DNA of 64,000 bases from an uncultured Thermococci archaeon (GTDB taxonomy: Archaea; Methanobacteriota_B; Thermococci; Methanofastidiosales; Methanofastidiosaceae). The notes beneath the pieces were generated by a model that had not been told where the DNA came from, ran no database searches, and saw nothing but the letters and a program-made list of their open reading frames with translations. The DNA lies in NCBI GenBank assembly GCA_964521515.1, contig CAZFRW010000001.1, positions 7,639-71,638 of the forward strand, read 5' to 3'. Both the position numbers and the translations under genes were made by a program. Shown here piece after piece: positions 9,645 through 18,528 of this stretch. Within the stretch, counting starts at the first letter, position 1. Each line of letters begins with the position of its first letter.

Positions 9645-9885
9645 ATTGTTTGTCGCCCACCTAACTAACTCCGAAGCTCATCGTTCGGATATCCTCTCTT
9701 CCTTCGGTAACTCTCGTGGTGGGCTGAGCCCCATCATTGTAACCCCCGATTCATCTAAGCGATATGCCACATCACCGGGTGACCGTTGATAGGGTATTAC
9801 CCTTGTATTTGCTGTTTCACTCATAGAAGAAAGATTTCCTCTCATGAACCCCTCGCTACAAGGGATAAAAAATAAAATATATTTT
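9645..9885 (-). ncRNA. candidate structured non-coding RNA of unknown class (about 240 nt GC-rich island)
   Basis: A sharp GC-rich patch in an AT-rich intergenic region between convergent genes. It has several stems, including GCCCACC/GGUGGGC enclosing about 56 nt and an 11-bp imperfect hairpin. G.U wobbles in two stems would be A.C mismatches on the plus strand, so the minus strand is favoured. No tRNA T-loop is present. There is a partial resemblance to RNase P CR-IV (UAGAUGAAU), but no P4 pairing partner. Confidence 0.35.
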
Positions 9886-9896
9886 GGTATAAATAG

Positions 9897-10661
9897 TTAC
9901 CTATTGAACTTATGGCCACATTCTGGGCAGAAGTTAGACGAAGGCTGGACATTTTTTTTACATTTAGGGCAGTAAAAGTAGTCTTTATCCGAGGGTTTAA
10001 ATGGTGAGGCCTTTGACATTTCTCCCAGTCTTTTTGTCAAGAAGTATACTAGAATTATTAAGATCGGTAAGAATAGGAATGCCAATATAGTTTGAGTGAA
10101 TAGGACAAAATCGAATAGACCGTGTGAGAACGCAGCTATCGCAAGACCTTTATAGACTAGGCTATTATTCTTAGGTGAAGAAAATTTCGCCTTTCCTACG
10201 TAATACCCAACTATACCTGAAAATCCTGCGTGGCCTAAACAACCTGTTATTGCCCGCATGAGAATCAGCGAAGCGCCATACTGTGATATATATAAGAAAT
10301 TTTCAAAAGTTGCAAATCCTAAAGCTGCTACTACAGAATATAACATTGCATCGATTGGCTCATTAAATTCCTTTGACTTTAGGGCATATACCCTCATAGC
10401 CAAATATTTTGAGATTTCCTCAACAGGCCCTATTACAAAAAAAGCCCCCAAAAACAGTAAAAGAATCCCTGCTTCATCAATAGAGAATGGCATCAGCAGA
10501 CTATTTAGTATACCTGCTGGAATTGTTGAAATCATTCCTAGGATAAATGTTATTATAATCAGTTTTTTTGGCTCAGGTTCATATTTATCTTTTTTATAAA
10601 AATACCATACCCAGAATAGTCCTGGGGCAAGCGCAATAGCCAGAAGTGTTAGAGCGTCCAT
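9897..10661 (-). CDS. PrsW-family intramembrane metalloprotease with C-terminal zinc ribbon
   Basis: Multi-TM protein with the EExxK-like GPVEEISKYLA and FSHGLFD motifs of PrsW. C-terminal CPKCKK...CPECGH zinc ribbon. Confidence 0.65.
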   Translation of the reverse strand: MDALTLLAIALAPGLFWVWYFYKKDKYEPEPKKLIIITFILGMISTIPAGILNSLLMPFSIDEAGILLLFLGAFFVIGPVEEISKYLAMRVYALKSKEFNEPIDAMLYSVVAALGFATFENFLYISQYGASLILMRAITGCLGHAGFSGIVGYYVGKAKFSSPKNNSLVYKGLAIAAFSHGLFDFVLFTQTILAFLFLPILIILVYFLTKRLGEMSKASPFKPSDKDYFYCPKCKKNVQPSSNFCPECGHKFNR

Positions 10662-10823
10662 TTATTCACCTTTTATTGATTTTTTATTTATATCTTGTCT
10701 TATTAAATTATCTTAGATGAACTCTTAAAATACTTGATGTTTTATCATAAATCAAGCACTTAATCTATGAACAATAAAAAGTTATGTTTAAATAGATTTC
10801 TTATAAAAAAGAAAATAAAAATA

Positions 10824-11387
10824 TTATAGTTTAACAACGAAGGTATTGGCAATCTTGTCGTGTAATCCTTGTTTTTGTGAGTCAAATATTATCCATATGT
10901 ATGATATTTGGCCTAATATAGGTATTATCTTGATTAACCATCTTATAGCTCCAGGACCTATACCTATCGGCATTGCACCGTTCGTACCTACGACTTTAAG
11001 CTTCATAAGCTGTTTACCTATAGTTGCACCTTTCATACCATCAAAGTATATGTAGTATGCAAGAGATATCAATACGAGTATACCTGTCCCTATACCACCT
11101 AAATTGAAGCCAGATTCATATCCCATACCGTAACCGTATCCATAATTAGTTCCTAATCCTACTAGGCTTAATATCCATGAAATGACTCCGAATATTATGG
11201 TATCAATAATCCATGCGACAAATCTTGGCAAGAATCCAGCGTGCTCATGAGAAAGCCAGTTTCCAGGTGCGTATGTAGTAGCTTTTGTTTGTTGAGTAGC
11301 AGGTACAGTATCTAGAGTTGCTCCACAGTTCTCACAAAACTTTGCGCTCATTGGATTATCTTTTCCACATTTTCCGCAAAAAACCAT
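10824..11387 (-). CDS. RDD-family membrane protein with N-terminal zinc ribbon
   Basis: N-terminal CGKCGK...CENCGA, then FLPRFVAWIIDTIIF, which fits the RDD-domain consensus. Confidence 0.65.
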   Translation of the reverse strand: MVFCGKCGKDNPMSAKFCENCGATLDTVPATQQTKATTYAPGNWLSHEHAGFLPRFVAWIIDTIIFGVISWILSLVGLGTNYGYGYGMGYESGFNLGGIGTGILVLISLAYYIYFDGMKGATIGKQLMKLKVVGTNGAMPIGIGPGAIRWLIKIIPILGQISYIWIIFDSQKQGLHDKIANTFVVKL

Positions 11388-11473
11388 TTTATCACCATAT
11401 CTATTAGTAGCTCCTCTTTTAAAAGATTTTCTAATAGTCCTAAATATTTTCGCAATAAATTAAAATAAAAAGT

Positions 11474-12319
11474 TTAATTTAATTTATTATTATCGGGTCT
11501 TTCATTTGCAAACCAAACGACCCTCTGTGGAAATGGAACCTGAATACCTTCTTTTTCAAGTGTTGTCTTTATCTTCCCTAAAAGTTCCTTTTTTGTTGAG
11601 TACCACTGCGATACAGGTGCCCAAGCTTTAATTACAATATTAACAGAATTTTCTCCAAGGCTATCAACATAAACATCTGGTGTTGGTTTCTTTAAGATGA
11701 AGGGATGATCCTCAATCAAACTATCTATTATTTTTACTGCCTTTTCAGCATCATCGCTATACCTTATCCCAATTGTATACTCAATTCTTCTTGCGATATT
11801 AGCGCTTACATTAATTATATTGTTTGTGAATACCTTCTCATTTGGTATTCTTATGTATAGGCCGTCATAGTTCCTTAGTATTGTTGACATTACCCCTATG
11901 TCTTCAACAAACCCCCTCACGTTATCAATTTCGACTTGACTCCCTATTTTGATTGGTCTTTCAGCCATGATAAATAATCCCGATATAAGATTTCCAACTA
12001 TGCTCTGACTTGCAAAGCCTATGACTATACCTGTAACTCCCCCTGCCACTAGAAGTCCAGATGTATTGATCCCTAACAAAGGGAGTGCTAGAATTACAGC
12101 TATTATGATTATCCCATAATAACTTCCTTTAAGCAGGATACCAAGTCTATCTTTGTCAAATTTATCCCTTAGAGATCTTCTCAGAAACATAGAAAAGCCC
12201 TTTGCCAAGATTATAGCAAAAATAACCATTCCAACAGCAAAAATATAAGGGAAGATCTTGTCAGTTTCAATAATTCCAATAGTCTTTCCCAAAGTATGAA
12301 AAATTTCATCAAGATTCAA
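11474..12319 (-). CDS. small-conductance mechanosensitive channel (MscS family)
   Basis: Three N-terminal TM helices, then a conserved MscS beta-domain (GSQVEIDNVRGFVEDIGVMSTIL). Confidence 0.8.
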   Translation of the reverse strand: MNLDEIFHTLGKTIGIIETDKIFPYIFAVGMVIFAIILAKGFSMFLRRSLRDKFDKDRLGILLKGSYYGIIIIAVILALPLLGINTSGLLVAGGVTGIVIGFASQSIVGNLISGLFIMAERPIKIGSQVEIDNVRGFVEDIGVMSTILRNYDGLYIRIPNEKVFTNNIINVSANIARRIEYTIGIRYSDDAEKAVKIIDSLIEDHPFILKKPTPDVYVDSLGENSVNIVIKAWAPVSQWYSTKKELLGKIKTTLEKEGIQVPFPQRVVWFANERPDNNKLN

Positions 12320-13035
12320 AATCCTTCCTCCATGGTAAATTTCTTTTGTGAAACTGTTATCTTTGAAGGTTCAAATACTTCAAGAGCTTTCTTCATTCCC
12401 TTTTTAATCCCCGAATTAACAAATTCAGTTTCTGCAATTTTCTCACTTATTACCTTCATATTGGCTTTCATTGAAACAAGGGTCTCATCAAAAAAAACTT
12501 TCATTTCATGTGAATCAAAAACACTTTTTGTTATTTCAATCCAATCATCGGTAGTATTAATCAGCTTTAACTTCATCACACCATTAATTAAAGGATTCAC
12601 ATCAGTTGGCATTGACGTAAAAACAGGGCTTTTATGGTATTTGCATATAACGCCACTCCTTGGGTCCCCATACAATGTATATTTTTGTCTTGCAAGGGTA
12701 AAAACATCCAAAAGATCATAATTTTTATGTCCCGAGATAAAAACACCTATATCGACTGGAAAAGTAATATACACATTGTTTGTTCCCTTGGGCTCAACAA
12801 AGACAGATTTCTCAAATTCTATCAACAGGTATGGTGTCACTTGGTTACGAATTTTGTTAGTTTCAATCGGATTTATTATAATCCCGCAGTCTTTTGTCAA
12901 CAGTATTTTCTCCACGGAATCATTAAGAATAGTTCTTTCATAATGAAGATTATTACCATCCTTTTTTATTTGGAGGTGTACCCCATCTTTTGATATTCTA
13001 AGGGGATTTAGGGGAGATTTATAGTATCCGTACAT
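12316..13035 (-). CDS. conserved hypothetical protein
   Basis: 239 aa with no recognisable motif. Its stop overlaps the MscS start by 4 nt, so the two are probably co-transcribed. Confidence 0.5.
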   Translation of the reverse strand: MYGYYKSPLNPLRISKDGVHLQIKKDGNNLHYERTILNDSVEKILLTKDCGIIINPIETNKIRNQVTPYLLIEFEKSVFVEPKGTNNVYITFPVDIGVFISGHKNYDLLDVFTLARQKYTLYGDPRSGVICKYHKSPVFTSMPTDVNPLINGVMKLKLINTTDDWIEITKSVFDSHEMKVFFDETLVSMKANMKVISEKIAETEFVNSGIKKGMKKALEVFEPSKITVSQKKFTMEEGF

Positions 13036-13080
13036 GGCTATGGGATATTATATATTTACCTTTATGAGTTTTACGCCAAA

Positions 13081-14454
13081 TTAATTTTTTGTTTCTCTAA
13101 GATTTGCCAAAGTTGAAGGAATTAGCTCAGGCAATGCAGGATGTATATGCATCCCCTTAAATATCGTCTTAAAGTTCATATTGTTAGCCATTACATTGAT
13201 TACTTCTTGGATTAATATCGAAGCGTAAGGGCCAATTATATGAAATCCTAAAATCTTATTACTTTCTTTATCAACAATTGCTTTAGCAAATGTCTCTTCT
13301 TCAAGCATAGCAATACCCTTTGCGACACTATTGTACCTTGAATATCCCACCAGTATTTTGTGTTTCTTTTTTGCCTCGTTTTCAGTCATCCCAACAGAGG
13401 CTATTTCAGGGTATGAAAAAATTGCATGTGGTATGGCGTTGTACTCCATCGGAAGTCTCTTTCCATGGAGACTATTGTGCCACGCATATGCGGCTTCCTT
13501 GTTAGCAGAATGCCTGAACATATATTTACCTATGATATCCCCAAAGGCCCAGATGTTTTTCTTTGAAGTTTCTAGGTAATCATTAACTTTGATGAATCCT
13601 TTCTCATCTGTTTGGATACCTGTATTTTGAACTTTTAATAAATCAGAATTGGGCACTCTACCCCCTGCAACTAAAATCTTTTCTGCTGTCACTTCAATAC
13701 TTTTTTCTGATTCTTTTTTCTTTCCAATTAATGTGACATGATCTCCTGTTTGCGTGGCTTCAATAACTTCAGTGTTTGTGTATATCTTCATTCTCTTTGA
13801 CATTTCTTTCAAGAGTAACTCTGAAACTTCAGGCTCCTCATTTGCCACAAGCCTTACATTTCTTTGAATTATTGTTACTTCACTTCCCATTCCAGCCAGA
13901 AAATGTCCGAACTCACAAGCAATATACCCTCCGCCTAAGATGACCACACTTTTTGGAAGGTCATTTAATTCAAGAATGCTTTCATTTGTCAGATAATCTA
14001 TTTTATCAAGACCTTTCACATTCGGGATTAGAGGTCTTGCACCAGCAGCTATGAAAATTTTTTCTCCAAAAATCTTTTTCTTATTTACTTCCATTGTGTA
14101 GTCTTCTACAAAATACCCAGTTCCCTCGTAGAAATCAAGTTTTTTTGTCTGTTTTATTCCTTTTCGCATGTCATCTCTTTCTTCAGCAATAGAAGATCTC
14201 ATTCTTTCCATTATTTCTCTAAAACGAATCTTAGTTATATTAGCCTCCACACCGAGTTTTTTTGAATTTTCTATTTCTGCTACTCTGTCTGCAGGAAAAA
14301 TTAGTAATTTTGAGGGTATACATCCTAAATTCAAGCATGTCCCACCAAGAGGCCCCTTATCCACAACTGCCACTTTAAGTCCATTTGAAAGGGCGTCGCT
14401 TGCTACACCCATGCCGGCGCCTGAGCCGATAACTAAAACATCGTATTTTTTCAT
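13081..14454 (-). CDS. pyridine nucleotide-disulfide oxidoreductase, dihydrolipoyl dehydrogenase-like
   Basis: N-terminal FAD GxGxxG, redox-active GGTCLNLGCIPSK disulfide and a C-terminal dimerisation domain; 457 aa. Confidence 0.8.
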   Translation of the reverse strand: MKKYDVLVIGSGAGMGVASDALSNGLKVAVVDKGPLGGTCLNLGCIPSKLLIFPADRVAEIENSKKLGVEANITKIRFREIMERMRSSIAEERDDMRKGIKQTKKLDFYEGTGYFVEDYTMEVNKKKIFGEKIFIAAGARPLIPNVKGLDKIDYLTNESILELNDLPKSVVILGGGYIACEFGHFLAGMGSEVTIIQRNVRLVANEEPEVSELLLKEMSKRMKIYTNTEVIEATQTGDHVTLIGKKKESEKSIEVTAEKILVAGGRVPNSDLLKVQNTGIQTDEKGFIKVNDYLETSKKNIWAFGDIIGKYMFRHSANKEAAYAWHNSLHGKRLPMEYNAIPHAIFSYPEIASVGMTENEAKKKHKILVGYSRYNSVAKGIAMLEEETFAKAIVDKESNKILGFHIIGPYASILIQEVINVMANNMNFKTIFKGMHIHPALPELIPSTLANLRETKN

Positions 14455-14622
14455 TATTCCACCTTTTTACATATCGAATTTAAGGACTAATTTATAATCT
14501 TGTATTTGGTTTAACTATATAATAAACTTTTGTTTTACCTTGCTTGAGCCTTAAAATATTTAAATTAAAAAATATAAATTAATGCATACATCAGTTATAT
14601 TTTATCTTGATAAAGGGATGTA

Positions 14623-15114
14623 ATGATTAAAATAGTGGATAGTTACTGCCCTGGCATCATCGGGAGAATAACTGAGCTTCATGCAGATTACTATTCCAAA
14701 AATTGGGGATTCGGGCTTTATTTTGAGTCAAAAGTTGCAACTGAGCTTTCCGAATTTTTAGGTAGATTTGATAAAAATAGAGATGGAATCTGGACAGTAC
14801 AGGTAAATGATAAAATTGTGGGATCTATAATCATTGATGGAATTGACTCAGATGGTGAAGGGGCAAGACTTAGGTGGTTCATACTTGATTCTAATTTCCA
14901 AGGCAGAGGGATAGGCAATTTAATGATGGAAAAAGCGATTCATTTCTGCAATGAAAAAGAGTATCGAAAGGTATACCTTTGGACATTTGCAGGGCTTGAC
15001 GCAGCAAGGCGCCTCTATGAGAAATACGGATTTAAGTTGTGCAAGGAATGCGAGAATAATCAATGGGGGGAAACAGTAAGCGAGCAGATGTTTGAACTAC
15101 TACTGGAAAAATAA
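14623..15114 (+). CDS. GNAT-family N-acetyltransferase
   Basis: 163 aa with the Q/RGRGIG acetyl-CoA-binding motif (FQGRGIGNLMM). Confidence 0.7.
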   Translation: MIKIVDSYCPGIIGRITELHADYYSKNWGFGLYFESKVATELSEFLGRFDKNRDGIWTVQVNDKIVGSIIIDGIDSDGEGARLRWFILDSNFQGRGIGNLMMEKAIHFCNEKEYRKVYLWTFAGLDAARRLYEKYGFKLCKECENNQWGETVSEQMFELLLEK

Positions 15115-15200
15115 ATTAATTGCGAATTTAGGCCATTTGTTAAAATTCTTGAATTAACTTTTTGAGTAAAACATTTAAGTAAAACTAACAAATAAGAATT

Positions 15201-16109
15201 GTGATATATATGAAAAATAAATTATTTTTCTCTGGAATATTAATATTTGTCTTGATTGTTGCAACTACCGGTTGCATAGGTCAGGGTTCTGAAAAAAAAA
15301 TTGTTATCGGTACAATGCCTTACAATGAGGAATACATTCTTGGGCACATGATATCTTTGTTATTAGAAGACGCCGGCTACCAAACTGAAGTTAAAGAAGG
15401 ACTTGGTGGCACACTCATAAACTACGAAGCGCTAAAGCGTGGGCAGATTCATGTATTTGTCGGGTACACTGGTGCTTTTTATAATACTGTTTTAAAACTA
15501 CCCGCATTAGATAACTGGGATCCCAATGTAGTCTACACTGAAGTAGAAAATGGATTAAGGGACAAGGAAGGGATATCAGTTGTTTCTAAACTTGGATTTA
15601 AGAACAACTATGCAATCTCTGTTCCAAGGATTTGGGCCCAAGAGAAGAATCTTACAAAAGTTAGTGAACTTGCACCGTATGCACCATTAATGGTACTTGG
15701 AACTGACATCGAGTATCCAACTGCTCCAGATGGACTACCGACATTTGAAAAGGCTTATGGATTCAAATTTAAAGATGTTAAATCAATGGAACCAACACTT
15801 GTATATGAAGCCATAAAAAATAATCTAGTTGATGTGATTACAGGTTACACAACTGACAAGAGAGGGGAACTCTTTGATCTAGTCGTTCTAGAGGATGACA
15901 AAGGCGGGCTTTTACCATACGATGCAATTATCATAACAACTAACTCATTTGCTAAAGACGAAGACGTAATTAAAGTTCTAAAAAAACTTGAGGGAAAGAT
16001 TGATGACAAAGCAATGGCAGATATGAATTATCAATATGACATCGAGAAGAAAGAATCAAGGGACATCGCTAGGGCGTTTTTAATCTCCCAAGGATTAATT
16101 AAAAATTAA
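15201..16109 (+). CDS. glycine betaine/choline-type ABC transporter substrate-binding lipoprotein (OpuAC/ProX-like)
   Basis: Signal peptide plus TGCIGQG lipobox-like cysteine. About 300 aa, of periplasmic-binding-protein size, followed by the ATPase and two permeases. Confidence 0.75.
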   Translation: MIYMKNKLFFSGILIFVLIVATTGCIGQGSEKKIVIGTMPYNEEYILGHMISLLLEDAGYQTEVKEGLGGTLINYEALKRGQIHVFVGYTGAFYNTVLKLPALDNWDPNVVYTEVENGLRDKEGISVVSKLGFKNNYAISVPRIWAQEKNLTKVSELAPYAPLMVLGTDIEYPTAPDGLPTFEKAYGFKFKDVKSMEPTLVYEAIKNNLVDVITGYTTDKRGELFDLVVLEDDKGGLLPYDAIIITTNSFAKDEDVIKVLKKLEGKIDDKAMADMNYQYDIEKKESRDIARAFLISQGLIKN

Positions 16110-16127
16110 TTAATTATTTATTTTTTT

Positions 16128-17270
16128 ATTGGAGAGGGTAAAACGAATAAATTCCTGTCAGGTGAGTGCTTAGAATCATTAAGATTTGAACATGTAACCA
16201 AAGTATACAAAGAATCAAAAGCCATAGAAGATCTTTCATTTGAGATATGCAAGGGTGAACTTTTCGTAATATTGGGCTCCAGCGGCTCTGGCAAGACAAC
16301 AACTTTGAGATTAATCAATAGGTTAATCGATCCAGATGAAGGGACAGTTTATCTCAATGGAAACGACACTAAAACTATGGATCCAGTCAAGCTTAGAAGA
16401 AAAATAGGATACGTAATACAGCAGATTGGTCTTTTCCCACATATGACGGTCAAAGAAAATATTGGTCTGATACCCAATTTAGAAAAATGGAAGGAAGAGG
16501 ATATTTCAAACAGGATTGATGAGCTTCTTACTCTAGTTGCACTGCCACCTGATCTATTCAGATCTCGTTACCCAAACCAATTAAGCGGAGGCCAGCAACA
16601 GAGGATTGGGCTTGCAAGAGCTCTTGTTATGGATCCACCTTTATTACTCATGGACGAACCTTTTGGTGCTCTTGACCCTCTTTTAAGAATGCAACTTCAA
16701 AATGAATTTCTTTCAATAAAAAGAAAGTTGGACAAAACAATTGTTTTTGTTACCCATGATATAGAAGAAAGTTTCATTTTAGCCGATAGGATTGGGGTCA
16801 TGCACGGCGGGAAAATGCTCCAGATTGGAACACCTTCTGAATTATTATTTGAACCTGCAAACGACATAGTTTCAAAAATAATTGGGGCTGAAAATAAATT
16901 CAAGGCCATCAAATTTCTTCTGGCAAAAGATGTAATGATACCTCTTGATAAGAATTGTGTCATTGAATCAGATATTTCATGTAAAGAAGCCATTAGTAAG
17001 ATGATTTCAGACAAAATAGAATCATATATAATAAAAAAATCAAACTCAGATATAGCCCAAATATCATTAATTGATTTATTGAATGAGAAGGATCAGGAGA
17101 AATCTATACTTGATCTCGGAACTAGGGTAAATGTAGTTGTGCCTAGCGATACACTTTCATCAGTAATATCTCTATTAAAATTATCAAATGATTCTATGGT
17201 AGTTGTTATTGAACATGGCAAGGTATTGGGTGTTGTAAGAATAAATTCAGTTTTAATGAACTTAGTTTAG
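16128..17270 (+). CDS. osmoprotectant ABC transporter ATP-binding protein with tandem CBS domains (OpuAA/ProV-like); start codon uncertain
   Basis: Walker A GSSGSGKTT, the LSGGQQQR signature and Walker B LLLMDEPF, with a C-terminal CBS pair. The ABC beta-strand LRFEHVTKVYKESKAIEDLSFEI lies upstream of the first canonical start (TTG 16272). The frame is open from 16110 with no ATG/GTG/TTG. The 16128 boundary is a provisional in-frame ATT. Confidence 0.7.
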   Translation: MGEGKTNKFLSGECLESLRFEHVTKVYKESKAIEDLSFEICKGELFVILGSSGSGKTTTLRLINRLIDPDEGTVYLNGNDTKTMDPVKLRRKIGYVIQQIGLFPHMTVKENIGLIPNLEKWKEEDISNRIDELLTLVALPPDLFRSRYPNQLSGGQQQRIGLARALVMDPPLLLMDEPFGALDPLLRMQLQNEFLSIKRKLDKTIVFVTHDIEESFILADRIGVMHGGKMLQIGTPSELLFEPANDIVSKIIGAENKFKAIKFLLAKDVMIPLDKNCVIESDISCKEAISKMISDKIESYIIKKSNSDIAQISLIDLLNEKDQEKSILDLGTRVNVVVPSDTLSSVISLLKLSNDSMVVVIEHGKVLGVVRINSVLMNLV

Positions 17271-17278
17271 GGGATATC

Positions 17279-17923
17279 TTGACTAATATAATAGATACTA
17301 TAATATCTGTTTGGATTACACATCAAATTACTCTTAGGACCATCCAGCACCTTTACATGTTTTCTATTGCCTTGATCATATCGATTTTGATAGGTGTCGC
17401 ATTAGCAATTTTAGTTTACAGCAATCCTAAACTTGCAAATGTCTGGTTTAATGTATTAAATGTAATAGAGACTATCCCTGAGTTAGCGCTATTCATTTTT
17501 CTCCTGCCCATCCTAGGCCTTGGAGAGAAGCCTACCATAGCAGCATGTGTCTTGTATTCGATACTTCCGATTATGAGAAATTCCTATACTGGATTGGCGT
17601 ATGTTAGCAATGAATATGTTGAAATTGCAAAAGCAATCGGTCTTACAAAAAATGAGATTCTATTAAAAATAAGACTGCCAATGGCCTTACCCCTGATAAG
17701 TAGTGGGATTAGGGTGGCTGTTGTGTACATAATGGGCATTGTCACATTAGGGGGTCTAATCGCCGCAGGAGGTCTAGGAGTCCCTTTACAAGCAGGGATA
17801 TATAGATACGATATCCCGGCCATAATTATTGCGGCCCTTTGGGTGGGCACACTTGGAGTTATATTTGACTTTATAGCATGGATTATAGAAAATAGATTAG
17901 CCCGGAGGTTCAATCCTTGGTAG
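17279..17923 (+). CDS. ABC transporter permease (OpuAB/ProW-like)
   Basis: Six-TM binding-protein-dependent transport permease with an EAA-like loop (EIAKAIGLTKNEILLKIRLPMALP). Confidence 0.75.
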   Translation: MTNIIDTIISVWITHQITLRTIQHLYMFSIALIISILIGVALAILVYSNPKLANVWFNVLNVIETIPELALFIFLLPILGLGEKPTIAACVLYSILPIMRNSYTGLAYVSNEYVEIAKAIGLTKNEILLKIRLPMALPLISSGIRVAVVYIMGIVTLGGLIAAGGLGVPLQAGIYRYDIPAIIIAALWVGTLGVIFDFIAWIIENRLARRFNPW

Positions 17924-18528
17924 CCATACTCCCTCTTTTGGACGCTATTCTACAACATCTTACTTTGGTCTTTACATCATTAGCTATAGGGATATGCCTA
18001 GCAACGCCTCTCGCTATTCTTTCCGTTTTTTATAAACGTGTTTCTTATCTTGTCTTAACTACAATAAATATGGCTCAGAGTATACCAAGTTTTGCACTCG
18101 TTGCAATAATCGTTCCTTTAGTTGGGATAGGATTCCTACCAGGTATAGTTGCTATTGTTTTGGGTTCAATTGTGCCCATTGTAAAGAATATGTATGTGGG
18201 GCTTGCGAAAACTGATGCTGAACTTATTGATACAGGAAAAGGTATGGGATTGACAGACTTTCAGGTAGTAAGATATGTGAGACTCCCTCTGGCATATCCT
18301 GCTATATTCGCAGGATTAAAATTTTCTGCCATAATTGCGAACGGCATAGCGGTTTTAACAGCAATTATTGGAAGCGGGGGGCTGGGGAGGATAATCTTTG
18401 AAGGTTTAGCAAGTTTTAACATAAATAAAACTTTGAGCGGAGCAATACCTGCGATCCTGATAGCTTTATCTTTAGATATAATATTCTCAATGGCAGAAAA
18501 AAAATTAAAATCAAAATCAGTTTACTGA
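17917..18528 (+). CDS. ABC transporter permease (second subunit)
   Basis: Paralogous permease with an EAA-like loop (DTGKGMGLTDFQVVRYVRLPLAYP). Its start overlaps the end of the previous gene. Confidence 0.75.
   Translation: MVAILPLLDAILQHLTLVFTSLAIGICLATPLAILSVFYKRVSYLVLTTINMAQSIPSFALVAIIVPLVGIGFLPGIVAIVLGSIVPIVKNMYVGLAKTDAELIDTGKGMGLTDFQVVRYVRLPLAYPAIFAGLKFSAIIANGIAVLTAIIGSGGLGRIIFEGLASFNINKTLSGAIPAILIALSLDIIFSMAEKKLKSKSVY

Noticed and set aside
9645-9885. Possibility that the GC-rich element is a tRNA (with or without intron), or a confident RNase P or SRP RNA
   Set aside because: There is no GTTC-type T-loop on either strand, and no cloverleaf can be drawn around the 7-bp GCCCACC/GGTGGGC stem. 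The RNase P P4 pairing partner and SRP helix-8 GNAR/AGCAGC motifs are absent. It is therefore kept as 'unknown structured RNA' rather than a named family.
16118-16318. 66-aa minus-strand ORF
   Set aside because: It overlaps the N-terminal coding region of the ABC ATPase on the opposite strand. It is a spurious antisense frame.
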